Shown: positions 15,293-25,401 of the stretch, piece by piece
How the letters are laid out: every line of letters begins with the position of its first letter
How positions within the stretch are numbered: position 1 is the stretch's first letter
DNA from: Acidobacteriota bacterium
GTDB taxonomy: Bacteria > Acidobacteriota > UBA890 > WLXD01
Length of the DNA stretch: 64,000 bases
Direction: 5' to 3'
NCBI GenBank assembly: GCA_965248695.1
Contig: CBDFKD010000001.1
Location: forward strand, 61,411-125,410
Program-made: the position numbers and the translations under genes
The notes under the pieces: model-generated
Databases searched by the model: none
Told to the model about the DNA's origin: nothing
The model's input: only the letters and a program-made list of their open reading frames with translations

Positions 15293-17623
15293 GTGACTCT
15301 GCAGATCGGCGGTCTGTTCGTACTGCTCGCGGTGATGGTCTACCTGTTTCTCACCGAGAGGTTGCCGGTCGATCTGACCGCGTTTCTGGGTCTCGTGGTG
15401 CTGATCTTCGCCGGCTACGTGACCGCCGACGAGGCGTTCCAAGGATTCTCGTCGCCGGCCGTGATCACCATGCTGTCGGTGTTCATCGTCGGCGCCGCCC
15501 TGCTGGAGACCGGGGTTGCCGACCTCATCGGGGATCGTCTCTATCGGCTCGTGGGCGACAGTGAGACTCGGCTGCTGGTGACCTTGATGCTGGTCGCCGG
15601 CGTGCTGTCCGCCTTCATGAACAACATCGCAGCGACGGCCGTGCTCATGCCCGCGGTCGCCGCCGTGGCGCCGCGCGCTGGGCTGGCTCCTTCCCGCTTG
15701 TTCATGCCGCTTGCCTTCGGTGCAATCCTGGGCGGGACGACCACGCTGGTGGGTACGCCCCCGAACATCGTCGCCGCGCAGATGATGGCGGATCGCGGGC
15801 TGGAGCCCTTCCAGCTGTTCGATTTCACTCCGGTGGGCCTGGCGATCATGGCGCTCGGCGTGGTGTTCATGCTGACCGTGGGCAAGCGCCTGCTCCCCGC
15901 CGACACCGGCCGCGGGCCGGCGGCACCGGAAGGCGAGGATCTGAGTCAGATCTACCAGCTCGAGGATCGCCTCTTCTCGCTCCAGCTCCCTGCCAGCACC
16001 GCCCTCGATGGTCGAACGCTGGCAGAGACGCGGCTCGGCAACACCCTGGGCTTCAAGGTGGTGTCAATCCAGCGCGGCGATGAGCAGCTGGTGCCTGACG
16101 GCGCCACGCGCTTGCGGGGCGGCGACGTATTGATCGTCGACGGAGAGGTCTCCAACGTGCGCGAGTTTCTGGAGATGGAGCAACTCGACGTGCACCCGAT
16201 GAAAATGGACGGGCTGCCACGCGTGTCGCCGGACGTCAACGGCATCCGTGTCGCCGTCGAGACCGGGGGCTCGCTGGCCGGCAGCACATTGCGCCAGCTC
16301 GCCTTCCGCGGACGGTTCGGCGTCGTGGTGCTGGCGATCCGCCATCGAGGGCAGCTGTATACCGATCATCTGGCGGAGCAGACCTTGCGTCTGGGCGATG
16401 AGGTGCTGGCGATCGGGAGGGACGAGGACCTTGAGCGGTTCGCCTCGGAGCCTGGGTGGTCGGTGGTCGAGACCGGGGTCTCGGCGGTGGCCGACTTGCA
16501 GGAACGGCTCTGTGTCATCGAGGTCCCGCCGGGCTCGGGCCTGGTGGATTCGACTATCTCCGCCAGCCGGTTGAGCGAGATTGTTGGGCTCACGGTTGCC
16601 GGCGTCATCCGAGATGAGGAAACCCGGCTGATGATCTCGCCGAGCGACACTATCCGCGCCGGCGATCGCCTGCTACTGGCCGCGGATCCGCAAGCTGTGG
16701 TGGCGCTGGCAGATGCCGGCGAGGTCGAGATCGGCCCGCTGGTCGGTCGTGAGCTGCTGGAATCGGATCAGGCCGCCATGGTCGAGGCGGCGGTTGCGCC
16801 GCGGTCGGCGGCCGACGGCCGCACCCTCGAGGAGCTCGAGTTCCAGCATCGCCACGGGCTGCTGGCGCTGGCGCTGTGGCGCGAGGGGCATCCGATCCAC
16901 GCGGATCTGGCCCGCGTACCGCTGCGTTTCGGCGACGCGCTGCTGTTGCACGGGCCGCCGGACAAGATCACCCGGCTCGCCTCTGAGCCCGATTTCGTCG
17001 TGCTGTCGGCGACCGAACGCGCCATCCGACGCACCGCCAAGGCGCCGCTGGCGTTGGGTGGGCTGCTGCTGATGATCGTACTCGTAGCGACCGGACTGCA
17101 GCCGATCCATGTGGCCGCCTTCACGGCTGCTTCGCTGGTGCTTCTCGCCGGAGCGTTGACCATGCGCGAGGCGTACCGCGCTATCGAGTGGCGGGCTATC
17201 TTCCTGGTAGCCGCCGTGCTGCCGGTGGGCTTTGCCATGGAACGGTCTGGTGCTGCCGGCTTTCTCGCCGACTCGGTGGTGTCGACGGCGGGATCGCTCG
17301 GGCCTCACGCGGTGCTGGCGGCCCTCATCGTTCTGGCCAGCCTGCTCAGTCAGGGTCTCGACGGCGCCCCAGCGGTCGTATTGATGGCCCCGGTCGTGTT
17401 CGAGATGGCGGGCCGACTGCAGCTCAGCCCCTACCCGCTGATGATGGGAGTCAGCCTGGCTGCTTCGGCGGCGTTCATGACGCCGTTCAGCCACAAGGCG
17501 AACTTGCTGGTAATGGGTGCGGGTGGTTATCGCTCGAGGGACTACCTGCGGGTCGGCACGCCGCTGACGCTGATACTGCTGGTCCTGTTGGTCCTGCTCG
17601 TGCCGGTCTTCTTTCCCTTCTGA
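15293..17623 (+). CDS. SLC13/DASS-family permease with four central TrkA-C (RCK_C) domains
   Basis: Multi-pass N- and C-terminal transporter halves. Four repeats of the G.TL..L......G..V..I.R......P.....L..GD.L pattern between them. GTG start. Confidence 0.85.
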   Translation: MTLQIGGLFVLLAVMVYLFLTERLPVDLTAFLGLVVLIFAGYVTADEAFQGFSSPAVITMLSVFIVGAALLETGVADLIGDRLYRLVGDSETRLLVTLMLVAGVLSAFMNNIAATAVLMPAVAAVAPRAGLAPSRLFMPLAFGAILGGTTTLVGTPPNIVAAQMMADRGLEPFQLFDFTPVGLAIMALGVVFMLTVGKRLLPADTGRGPAAPEGEDLSQIYQLEDRLFSLQLPASTALDGRTLAETRLGNTLGFKVVSIQRGDEQLVPDGATRLRGGDVLIVDGEVSNVREFLEMEQLDVHPMKMDGLPRVSPDVNGIRVAVETGGSLAGSTLRQLAFRGRFGVVVLAIRHRGQLYTDHLAEQTLRLGDEVLAIGRDEDLERFASEPGWSVVETGVSAVADLQERLCVIEVPPGSGLVDSTISASRLSEIVGLTVAGVIRDEETRLMISPSDTIRAGDRLLLAADPQAVVALADAGEVEIGPLVGRELLESDQAAMVEAAVAPRSAADGRTLEELEFQHRHGLLALALWREGHPIHADLARVPLRFGDALLLHGPPDKITRLASEPDFVVLSATERAIRRTAKAPLALGGLLLMIVLVATGLQPIHVAAFTAASLVLLAGALTMREAYRAIEWRAIFLVAAVLPVGFAMERSGAAGFLADSVVSTAGSLGPHAVLAALIVLASLLSQGLDGAPAVVLMAPVVFEMAGRLQLSPYPLMMGVSLAASAAFMTPFSHKANLLVMGAGGYRSRDYLRVGTPLTLILLVLLVLLVPVFFPF

Positions 17624-17635
17624 GCGCGTTGTCGC

Positions 17636-18205
17636 CTACTGACGGATGATCCCGCAGGCGATTCGTCCACCGCCGGCGCAGCCGGCTTCCTCGCCGTCCG
17701 GACAGTAGCTGTCCGGATCGGTGTGCACGATGAAGGCGCTCGACGCTTTGCCGTTGGGTTTGAAGATGCTCAGCGGCCCGGCGCTCAGCGTGACGCGGGT
17801 CGTCTGAGTATTGAGCAGACCGAGGCCGCCGTCGTTGGCGTCGATGTTCTCCAGGTCGCCCATGTGGAAGGGATGGTTGCCGTCCGGGCTGGAGTTGGAC
17901 TCCGGGCCGGGATCGAAGTGTCCCTCGGCAGCCGTACACGGCTTGCAGGCGTTGGTCTCGTGGATATGGACCGCGTGCTTGCCCGCGGGGAGGCCGCCCA
18001 TCTTCAGGCGGACGGTGACCAGCTTCACGCCCTCCTTGCTCTTCTTCTCGCGCAAGACGGCCTCTCCCCAGATGTCGGGGTCGTCACAACCTGAAAGGGT
18101 GGCGGTGGCGCGACGTTGCTGGGCGCTGGCTGATTCCGCCGAGAGACCCACGACGGCCAGGGCTGCGATCGAGACGATTAACGTCGAGCTGGTTGCGCTG
18201 CGCAT
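17636..18205 (-). CDS. sodC: Periplasmic Cu/Zn superoxide dismutase
   Basis: Signal peptide MRSATSSTLIVSIAALAVVGLSA. Cu/Zn ligand motifs HAVHIHE, GHFDP, HMGDL and FIVHTDPD, plus C-terminal GGRIACGII. Start trimmed to ATG 18205, with GGAGGA upstream. Confidence 0.85.
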   Translation of the reverse strand: MRSATSSTLIVSIAALAVVGLSAESASAQQRRATATLSGCDDPDIWGEAVLREKKSKEGVKLVTVRLKMGGLPAGKHAVHIHETNACKPCTAAEGHFDPGPESNSSPDGNHPFHMGDLENIDANDGGLGLLNTQTTRVTLSAGPLSIFKPNGKASSAFIVHTDPDSYCPDGEEAGCAGGGRIACGIIRQ

Positions 18206-18420
18206 TGCACGCGTCCTCCGGCTGGGATATTGAGTTGAGCCGCGAAGAGTACGGGACGGGCGCGCCGATTGTCGATAGCGACGGCGCCGCTCCCCCGGTG
18301 CCTGCCATCGGCCGGTTGCTTGTCCCGGACGCTGCGGTGAGAATCGATCCCAGCGCTCGCTCGATGCGTCCGGCGAGCGTGGTTCTTTTCGCGCCTGACG
18401 ACGCTGCCGGGAGCTCGACG

Positions 18421-20421
18421 ATGAAGCACGGGTGCATCGCCCTTGTCCAGCTTTGCCTATTGACGCTGACGAGCGTCGCATACGGCGAGGTGATCGACTT
18501 GCAGGTGCTCGAGATCGAGTCGCCCACCTTCGACGGGCGGACGTTCGGTGACGTTGGTGCGTACGAAAAGATCACCCTGCGTGTGACGATGGCGGTCGAC
18601 CCGGAGGACTCACACAACGTCGAGATTGTCGATCTGGCGATAGCGCCGCGCGCTGCCGATGGGCGGGTGCTGTACGTGACTACGGTGGTCATGTTCAAGC
18701 CGATCGAGCTCGAGCTCGGCAACGGCCGCATCTTCTACGACGTGCTCAATCGCGGCCGCAAGATCGGGCTCGGCTTGCTCAACGACGCGCCACGAGTCAA
18801 CGATCCCTCCTCGTGGGCGCACGCCGGCAACGGATTTCTGATGCGCGAGGGCTACACGGTCGTCTGGTCGGGATGGCAGCCGGATGCTCCGCCCGGCGAC
18901 GGACGCATGTTTCTCGAGGCGCCGGTCCTGTCGGGTGTCGAGGGTCTCAGCCGTGAGGAGTTCATCTTCGATCACGATCGGAATCCAGCCGTCGCCACGT
19001 TGAACTACTCCGCCGCCCGTCTGGAGCCCGGTGACGCGCAGCTCACGGTGCGGCAGCACGCGCATGACGCCCGGCAGACGCCGCCGGGTCTGTCGTTCCG
19101 CTACATGCCTGTGACGCGCGGCGGGACCTTCTTCACCAGCGCCGAACAGATTCTGGTACAACGGCCGGACGGCTTTGACGCCGGAGCTATCTATGAGCTC
19201 ATCTACACAGCGCGCGATTCTATCGTTGCCGGCCTGGCATTCGCGTCGGTTCGCGACGTCGTTTCGTTCTTGCGCTATGAAGTTGCCGATGATGCCGGCA
19301 ACGCCAACCCGCTAGCGCCGGAAGGGACTCCCGGCATCGCGCGTGCCTACGCCCTGGGCATCTCGCAGAGCGGCCGTTTCTTGCGCGACATGCTGTACCA
19401 GGGGTTCAACGAGGACGAGGTCGGCCGCCCGGTCTTCGAGGGTGTTGTTCCCGATGTCGCCGGAGCGCGCCGTACCTTCATCAACCGTCGCTTCGCGCAG
19501 CCGGGTAGGTTCTCGCGCGAGCACGAGTCGCACCTGCAGCCAGGCGATCAATTCCCGTTCGCCTACGGGACCCTGAGCGACCCGGTGACCGGCAAGCGGG
19601 ACGGCGTCCTGGCGCGCTGCGAGGCGGCCGGCAATTGCCCCAAGGTGATGCACGTCGACTCATCGACGGAGTTCTTCCAGGGCCGTTCCTCGCTGATCGT
19701 CACCGATACCACCGGCAAACACGTTGAGCTCCCGGACAACGTGCGGGCCTATCTGATCTCCAGCACGCCGCACTCCAACTCGTTCGGTGTCGCGCCCGGA
19801 CCGGTGACGCATTGTCAACTGCCGAGTAACCCGCTGCATCGCGGCGGTCCGGCGCGCGCCTTGCTCGCGGCGCTCGACGACTGGGTGACCGACGGGACGC
19901 CGCCGCCGGACAGCCGGTTTCCGTCCGTTTCGGATGCGACGCTGGTGCCGCCGAGCGAGGCAGCGGTCGGCTATCCCCGGATACCGGGCACTGGTTATGA
20001 CGGCCAGGTCAACCAGGTGCGAGTGGTCGATTACGAGCAGCTGCCGCCGACCGAGGGGGCTCCGTATCCGGTACTCGTGCCGGCGGTCGACGAAGATGGC
20101 CACGACGTCGCCGGCATTCGGATTCCGGCCGTTGAGGTGCCCACGGCGACCTATTTGGGCTGGAACCTTCGTAGTGCCGGGTTCGCAGAGGGTGCCCTGT
20201 GCGGCGTGACGGGATCGACTATTGCTTTGCCGCACACGAAAGCTGAGCGCCTCACCGACGGCGATCCGCGTCGGTCACTCGAGGAGCGCTACGCGAGCGC
20301 CGACGACTACATCGATCAGGTTTCTGGGGCGGCGTTGCGGTTGGTTCAAGAGCGGCTGTTGCTCGCGGAAGACGCCGAGCGCTACGTCGAACAAGCGCGG
20401 GCGATGATTACCGAGCACTGA
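18421..20421 (+). CDS. Secreted protein with an alpha/beta-hydrolase-like domain (family of uncharacterised hydrolases)
   Basis: Signal peptide MKHGCIALVQLCLLTLTSVAYG. N-terminal region (...GAYEKI...VDLAIAPRAADGRV...GNGRIFYDVLNRGRK) resembles, from memory, the Abhydrolase_10-type family. Start trimmed from ORF 18193. Confidence 0.65.
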   Translation: MKHGCIALVQLCLLTLTSVAYGEVIDLQVLEIESPTFDGRTFGDVGAYEKITLRVTMAVDPEDSHNVEIVDLAIAPRAADGRVLYVTTVVMFKPIELELGNGRIFYDVLNRGRKIGLGLLNDAPRVNDPSSWAHAGNGFLMREGYTVVWSGWQPDAPPGDGRMFLEAPVLSGVEGLSREEFIFDHDRNPAVATLNYSAARLEPGDAQLTVRQHAHDARQTPPGLSFRYMPVTRGGTFFTSAEQILVQRPDGFDAGAIYELIYTARDSIVAGLAFASVRDVVSFLRYEVADDAGNANPLAPEGTPGIARAYALGISQSGRFLRDMLYQGFNEDEVGRPVFEGVVPDVAGARRTFINRRFAQPGRFSREHESHLQPGDQFPFAYGTLSDPVTGKRDGVLARCEAAGNCPKVMHVDSSTEFFQGRSSLIVTDTTGKHVELPDNVRAYLISSTPHSNSFGVAPGPVTHCQLPSNPLHRGGPARALLAALDDWVTDGTPPPDSRFPSVSDATLVPPSEAAVGYPRIPGTGYDGQVNQVRVVDYEQLPPTEGAPYPVLVPAVDEDGHDVAGIRIPAVEVPTATYLGWNLRSAGFAEGALCGVTGSTIALPHTKAERLTDGDPRRSLEERYASADDYIDQVSGAALRLVQERLLLAEDAERYVEQARAMITEH

Positions 20422-20424
20422 CGG

Positions 20425-21774
20425 ATGTGGAAGCGCCTCCTGCCAACAGTCACCTTCGCTGCGGTCGGCGGCGTCCTCTGGCTCGGCTGCGGCCGTGCTG
20501 GCGGCGGCGAGGTCGACTTCAATCGCGACATCCGGCCCATCCTGAATCAGCGCTGCGTTACCTGTCATGGCGGAGTCCGGCAGCAAGCTGATCTCAGCCT
20601 GCTGTTTCGCGCCGACGCGACGCGGCCGGCGGAGTCGGGCAAGCGCGCCGTGGTACCGGGTGATCCCGGGGCCAGCGAGCTGTTGCGCCGCGTCTCTCAC
20701 CGCGACCCTGACCAGCGTATGCCCAAGGAGGGTGCTGCGCTGTCGGATGAGGAGATCGATCGGCTGCGGCGGTGGATCGAACACGGAGCCGAGTGGACGC
20801 CACACTGGGCGTACGTAGCTCCGGTCGATCCCGGGCTGCCGGACGTGTCAGCGGATGCCTGGGCGCGCAACGGCATCGATCGCTTCGTGCTGGCTCGCCT
20901 GGACCAGGAGGGAATCGGAGCGTCCCCACGGGCCGATTGCTAGGCCCTTCTACGCCGCGTCAGCCTGGACCTGGTCGGCCTCCCGGCTACCCCTGACGAA
21001 GTATCGAGCGTATGCGCCGGCGCGTCGGCAGAGTCATATGAGGACTCGTCGATGACAGGCTGGCTTTGCCGCGCTTCGGCGAGCGCTGGGCGGCGATGTG
21101 GCTCGACCTGGCGCGTTACGCCGACTCGACCGGATACGAGAAGGACAGCGTGCGCACCATCTGGCGTTATCGCGATTGGGTGATCGAGGCATTCAACCGC
21201 GACCTGCCTTTCGATCGCTTCACCGTCGAGCAGCTTGCCGGCGACCTACTTCCGAACCCGAGCGAGAGCCAGCGCGTAGCGACGGCGTTCCATCGCAACA
21301 CGACCACCAACCTGGAGGGCGGCACCGACGACGAGGAACACCGTCTGGCTGCGGCTATCGACCGCGTGAACACGACCTGGGAAGTGTGGCAGGGCACCAC
21401 CATCGGCTGTACGCAGTGCCATGGGCATCCCTACGACCCGTTCCGCCAGACTGCCGTACCTGGATTATCTCAACCTCTACGCCACCTCGATTACCGACGA
21501 GGGTCTGCAGCATCTGACCGGCCTGCCGCGGCTGCGGGCGCTGTATCTGTGGCAGACGGAGGTTACACCGGCGGGCGCCGAGCGGCTGCGGGCCGCGCTA
21601 CCGGACCTCGATGTCAACCTCGGTGTGGCGATGCCCGCCGAGGCGGCCGACGCAGCCGAGCGACCCCGAGGGACCGCGGGCCTGGGGTCGGCCCGCTCCG
21701 GCCCCGGAGAAGTCATGGCTCGGCAGGAGCCATTGTCGGCGGCTCTCGTGGACACGCGGTGTGCGGAGCGCTAG
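20425..21774 (+). pseudogene. Decayed PSCyt1-DUF1549-DUF1553 family gene fused to a leucine-rich-repeat tail
   Basis: PSCyt1 motif RPILNQRCVTCHG. In-frame TAG at 20941-43, after which homology continues ([20 protein letters not shown]). Frameshift near 21043 before [35 protein letters not shown]1553 start [12 protein letters not shown] breaks near 21452 into a different frame encoding LRRs ([33 protein letters not shown]). Confidence 0.6.
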
Positions 21775-21870
21775 CCTTCGGTGCCGGCGCCGACACCGCG
21801 GCGTCGTTGCCGCGAAGACCGTGGCCCGGGTCGGGCTCCGGCCTGGGCGCGCGGCGGGAGAAACAATGCC

Positions 21871-23418
21871 ATGAAGCGATGTGCATCGACCGTAGTCGTA
21901 CTGCTACTAGCGATAGCTGCTTGTTCCGGCACCGGCAACCCGTACGCGGAGAAGTTCACCTCCCTCGACACCAGCTGGGCGGTGACCGCCGACGAGGGCT
22001 ACGCGTGGGCGAAGGTGCGGGGTGACAACCTGCCGGCGCTGAACGGCAGCCCGGAGTTTCTCAGCTACCTCACCTTTCTCGAAGAGAAGCTCGTCGAGTA
22101 CGGCGCCGTGGACATGCACCGCAACACCTGGATGTTCGATCGCTGGGAGACGAGCTTCGACGACAGCGGGTGGTCGCTGGTGTCGGACGGCACACCGGTA
22201 CGCGTGGCGCACTACCAGGCGAACTCCGGCAACACGGGTCCCGAAGGCATCACGGCGGAGATGGTCTACTACGACCACGACAACCCGCCCGACGACATCG
22301 CCGGCAAGATCGTGGTGATCCCCACACGGCCCCACCCGGAGCCGCCGTACGACGAGCGCTACATCCAGGGCTTCACGTTCAACGACTACGAGTGGCGGGC
22401 CAACGACGATACGTACTGGGAACTGTTCGAGTTCGTGCCGCCGGAGTTCTCGATAACCTTCGATATTTGGTGGCAGCTGGGTCAGGGGCTGTGGCGGATC
22501 GCCGTCGACGGGGGCGCCGCCGGGCACGTGATCGTTTACGACATGGGGTTCGAGCGTACGGAGGGCCTCTTCACCTTCGGAGTGCCGCCGCTGCACGAGT
22601 CGCCAGGGGTGATCCTCAGCCGCGAGGATGGCGCTGAGGTTATCGAGGACGCCAAGGCGGGCAAGACAGCGACGCTGCGGCTGGAGGCGACCGTCCAGGA
22701 ATCGGAGGCCTTCCAGACGATCGTGTACCTTCCCGGCCGCGACTACGGGACGCCGGACGACGAGCAGATCCTGATGATCAACCATACGGACGGCTCGTCG
22801 ATTACGCAGGACAACGGCGCGCTCGGGTTGCTGGCGATCGTCAAGTACTTCTCCAACATCCCGCAGGAGCACCGGCCGCGAACGCTCACCGTCTTCCTCG
22901 ACGGCCGGCACTACTACCCGGGAGCGGAGCGGGCATCGGCCGACGTCAGCTGGCCGGTCCGGAATCCGGAGGCGCTGGAACCGCTGGTGGCCCTCATGCA
23001 CATCGAGCACATGGGCGAGATGGACTTCCGTGAGGTCGACGGCAGGTTGGAGGAGGTCGGGCTGGCCGAGCAGTCGTACCTGTGGACGCGCAACAACCAG
23101 GTGCTGATCGACGCGGCGGTCGCGGCAGCCCAGGAATACGGGTGGGAGCGCGTGCAGGTATCGGCGCCCGAGCGTCCGGGAATCAACGGGGGCCTGCAGC
23201 AGCGCTGGTGGGGCATTGCCGGGCGATTCCATCGCCGCTGCGACGACTGCCTCAACCTTCCGGGCTTCGGCCTAGGTGGCTTCCTGGGTCTGTACTGGAC
23301 GACCGCAAGCGGGATCGAGCGCTTCAACCAGGAGTTGTTTAAGAACCAGGCGCACACGATGACGGAGCTCACCGGCTTGCTGATGACCGCGGACCTTGAC
23401 GAGATTCGTCCCCAATAG
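21871..23418 (+). CDS. Lipoprotein with PA (protease-associated) domain and M28-like peptidase fold, tandem paralogue 1
   Basis: Lipobox LLAIAAC. PA-like [24 protein letters not shown] and M28-like [25 protein letters not shown]. Start trimmed to ATG 21871, with GGGAG upstream. Confidence 0.75.
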   Translation: MKRCASTVVVLLLAIAACSGTGNPYAEKFTSLDTSWAVTADEGYAWAKVRGDNLPALNGSPEFLSYLTFLEEKLVEYGAVDMHRNTWMFDRWETSFDDSGWSLVSDGTPVRVAHYQANSGNTGPEGITAEMVYYDHDNPPDDIAGKIVVIPTRPHPEPPYDERYIQGFTFNDYEWRANDDTYWELFEFVPPEFSITFDIWWQLGQGLWRIAVDGGAAGHVIVYDMGFERTEGLFTFGVPPLHESPGVILSREDGAEVIEDAKAGKTATLRLEATVQESEAFQTIVYLPGRDYGTPDDEQILMINHTDGSSITQDNGALGLLAIVKYFSNIPQEHRPRTLTVFLDGRHYYPGAERASADVSWPVRNPEALEPLVALMHIEHMGEMDFREVDGRLEEVGLAEQSYLWTRNNQVLIDAAVAAAQEYGWERVQVSAPERPGINGGLQQRWWGIAGRFHRRCDDCLNLPGFGLGGFLGLYWTTASGIERFNQELFKNQAHTMTELTGLLMTADLDEIRPQ

Positions 23419-23429
23419 GAGGCAGCAAT

Positions 23430-25064
23430 ATGTGGGCCCACTCGCAACGACGCCTGGGACCGGGCGCCTCCACGCAGCCGCATCCGCGGGCGACCGTGGC
23501 ACGCTGGCAGTCGCTCGTCATCGCCCTGTCAGTCGTTGCACTGGGGTGCGCTGGTAGCAGCGACAACCCGTACGCCGACAAGTTCACCAACATTGACCCG
23601 GCCTGGGCGGTGACCGCCGACGAGGGCTACGAGTGGGCGCTGGTGAAGAGCGCCAACCTGCCGGCGATGAACGGCAGCCCGGAGTGGGTGAACTACGTCA
23701 CCTTCCTGGAGGACAAGCTGAAGGAGTTCGGCGTCGTCGACATGCATCGCAACAGCTGGATGTACGACCGCTGGCACACCTCCAAGGACAACACCGACTG
23801 GTCCCTGGTCTCTGATGGGGATCCGGTGCGCGTGGCTCACTACGCGGCCAACTCGGGCAACACCGGGCCCGAGGGCCTTACCGCCGAGATGGTCTACTAC
23901 GACCACGACAACCCGCCCGACTCGGTCGAAGGCAAGATCGTGGTGATCCCGACGCGGCCGCATCCGCAGCCGCCGTACGACGACGAGTACATCATCAACT
24001 TCACCTTCAACGACTACGAGTGGCGCGCCAACGACGACACGTACTGGGAACTGTTCGAGTTCGTGCCGCCGGAGTTTTCGATCACCTTCGATATCTGGTG
24101 GCAGCTGCGCCAGAGCCTGTGGCGGATTGCCGTCGACGGTAACGCCGCCGGTCACGTGATCGTCTACGACATGGCGTTCGAGCGCACCGAAGGGCTGTAT
24201 ACGTTCGGGGTGCCGCCGCTGCACGAGTCGCCCGGCGTGATCCTGAGTCGCGAGGACGGCGCCAAGGTGCTCGAGGACGCCAAGGCGGGCAAGACCGCTA
24301 CGTTGCGGCTCGAGGCCACCATCGAGGAGACCGAGGCGTACCAGACCATCTCCTATCTTCCCGGCCGCGACTATGGAACGCCGGACGACGAGCAGGTTCT
24401 GCTGATCAATCACACCGACGGCCCGTCGGTTACCCAGGACAACGGCGCGCTCGGGCTGCTGGCTATCGTCAAGTACTTCTCGCACATCCCCCAAGAGCAC
24501 CGGCCGCGGACGCTCACCGTTTTCCTCGACAGCCGCCACTACTTTCCCGGGGCGGAGGGTGCCTCACATGACACGAGCTGGCTGACGCGGAATCCAGAGG
24601 CCAAAGAGCCGCTCGTGGCGCTGCTGCAGGCCGAGCACTTGGGCGAGAACGACTATCGCGAGGTCGACGGCGTGGTCGAGCCGGTGGGCCTGGCTGAGCA
24701 GTCCTATCTGTGGTCGCGCAACAACCCGGTGCTGATCGATGCCGCGGTGATCGCTGCCAAAGAGCACGGGTGGGAGCGCGTACAGGTGGCGGTGCCCGAG
24801 CGCCCGGGGATCAACGGTGGCCTCCAGCAGGTTTGGTGGGGTGTGGGGTCCCGGGCGCTGCCCGGAGGTCGCGAATCCCTCGACCTGCCCGGCTATGGCC
24901 TCGGTGGATTCCTCGGGCTGTACTGGACGACTGCGTCGGGCATCGAACGGTGGAACAAAGAGCTGTTCGAGAACCAGGCGCACACGATGACGCAGCTGGC
25001 GGGTGTGCTGATGACCGCGGATCTGGACGAGATCCAGCCCGAGGAAACCGAATCTCAGCCCTAG
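23430..25064 (+). CDS. Lipoprotein with PA domain and M28-like fold, tandem paralogue 2
   Basis: SD AGGAGG 8 nt upstream and lipobox VVALGC. Collinear with paralogue 1 along the whole mature protein, roughly four-fifths identical by eye. Confidence 0.8.
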   Translation: MWAHSQRRLGPGASTQPHPRATVARWQSLVIALSVVALGCAGSSDNPYADKFTNIDPAWAVTADEGYEWALVKSANLPAMNGSPEWVNYVTFLEDKLKEFGVVDMHRNSWMYDRWHTSKDNTDWSLVSDGDPVRVAHYAANSGNTGPEGLTAEMVYYDHDNPPDSVEGKIVVIPTRPHPQPPYDDEYIINFTFNDYEWRANDDTYWELFEFVPPEFSITFDIWWQLRQSLWRIAVDGNAAGHVIVYDMAFERTEGLYTFGVPPLHESPGVILSREDGAKVLEDAKAGKTATLRLEATIEETEAYQTISYLPGRDYGTPDDEQVLLINHTDGPSVTQDNGALGLLAIVKYFSHIPQEHRPRTLTVFLDSRHYFPGAEGASHDTSWLTRNPEAKEPLVALLQAEHLGENDYREVDGVVEPVGLAEQSYLWSRNNPVLIDAAVIAAKEHGWERVQVAVPERPGINGGLQQVWWGVGSRALPGGRESLDLPGYGLGGFLGLYWTTASGIERWNKELFENQAHTMTQLAGVLMTADLDEIQPEETESQP

Positions 25065-25339
25065 CAGGCCATGGTGAAAGTGTGGTGGGTCTGGCGACAG
25101 GGTTTTGCGAGGCGCAGGCCAGGAGAGAGGAGGAGGCGATGGTAACCCCATCGTTGACGACAAACGACGCAGCATCCGCGCGCAACCCCCAGTCGCCCGA
25201 AGGGTTACGGCGATTTGGGGCCATCTGCGGCGTTGGCCCTCCTCGACGATGGCTAGTGCATCGTCTGCGTCAGGCCGCCTTGCATCTGGCCCCAACTCGC
25301 CGTAACCAGACCCACCACACTTTCACCACGGCCTGCTAG
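25061..25339. mobile_element. CTAG-bounded 271-nt palindromic (MITE-like) element, subfamily A, copy 2
   Basis: CTAG at 25061-64 and 25336-39. 30-nt TIRs match 29/30. There are 13 substitutions and no indels versus copy 1. The left CTAG contains the host gene's TAG stop. Confidence 0.6.
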
Positions 25340-25401
25340 CGGCTGCTGGAATTGAAGCGGGCGAACTGCGGGGAATCGCAAGGAGCAATGTTGGAGGTTC
25401 G

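Noticed and set aside
17636-18481. N-terminal extensions of sodC (92 codons) and of the hydrolase-like gene (ORF from 18193).
   Set aside because: The extensions overlap each other on opposite strands and are Arg/Ser-rich. They precede clear signal peptides that start at internal ATGs, and sodC has GGAGGA upstream.
21450-22025. C-terminal ~190 aa of ORF 21066..22025 as genuine protein sequence.
   Set aside because: DUF1553 homology stops near 21452, and the remainder is low-complexity Arg/Gly/Ala read-through. A different frame encodes recognisable LRRs, and the next gene's lipoprotein signal starts at 21871.
14207-25339. The two near-identical 271-nt copies as ends of a composite transposon or as a segmental duplication.
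   Set aside because: Both copies have the same internal orientation and complete TIRs of their own. The DNA immediately outside them is unrelated, and the 10.6 kb between them contains ordinary chromosomal genes and no transposase.
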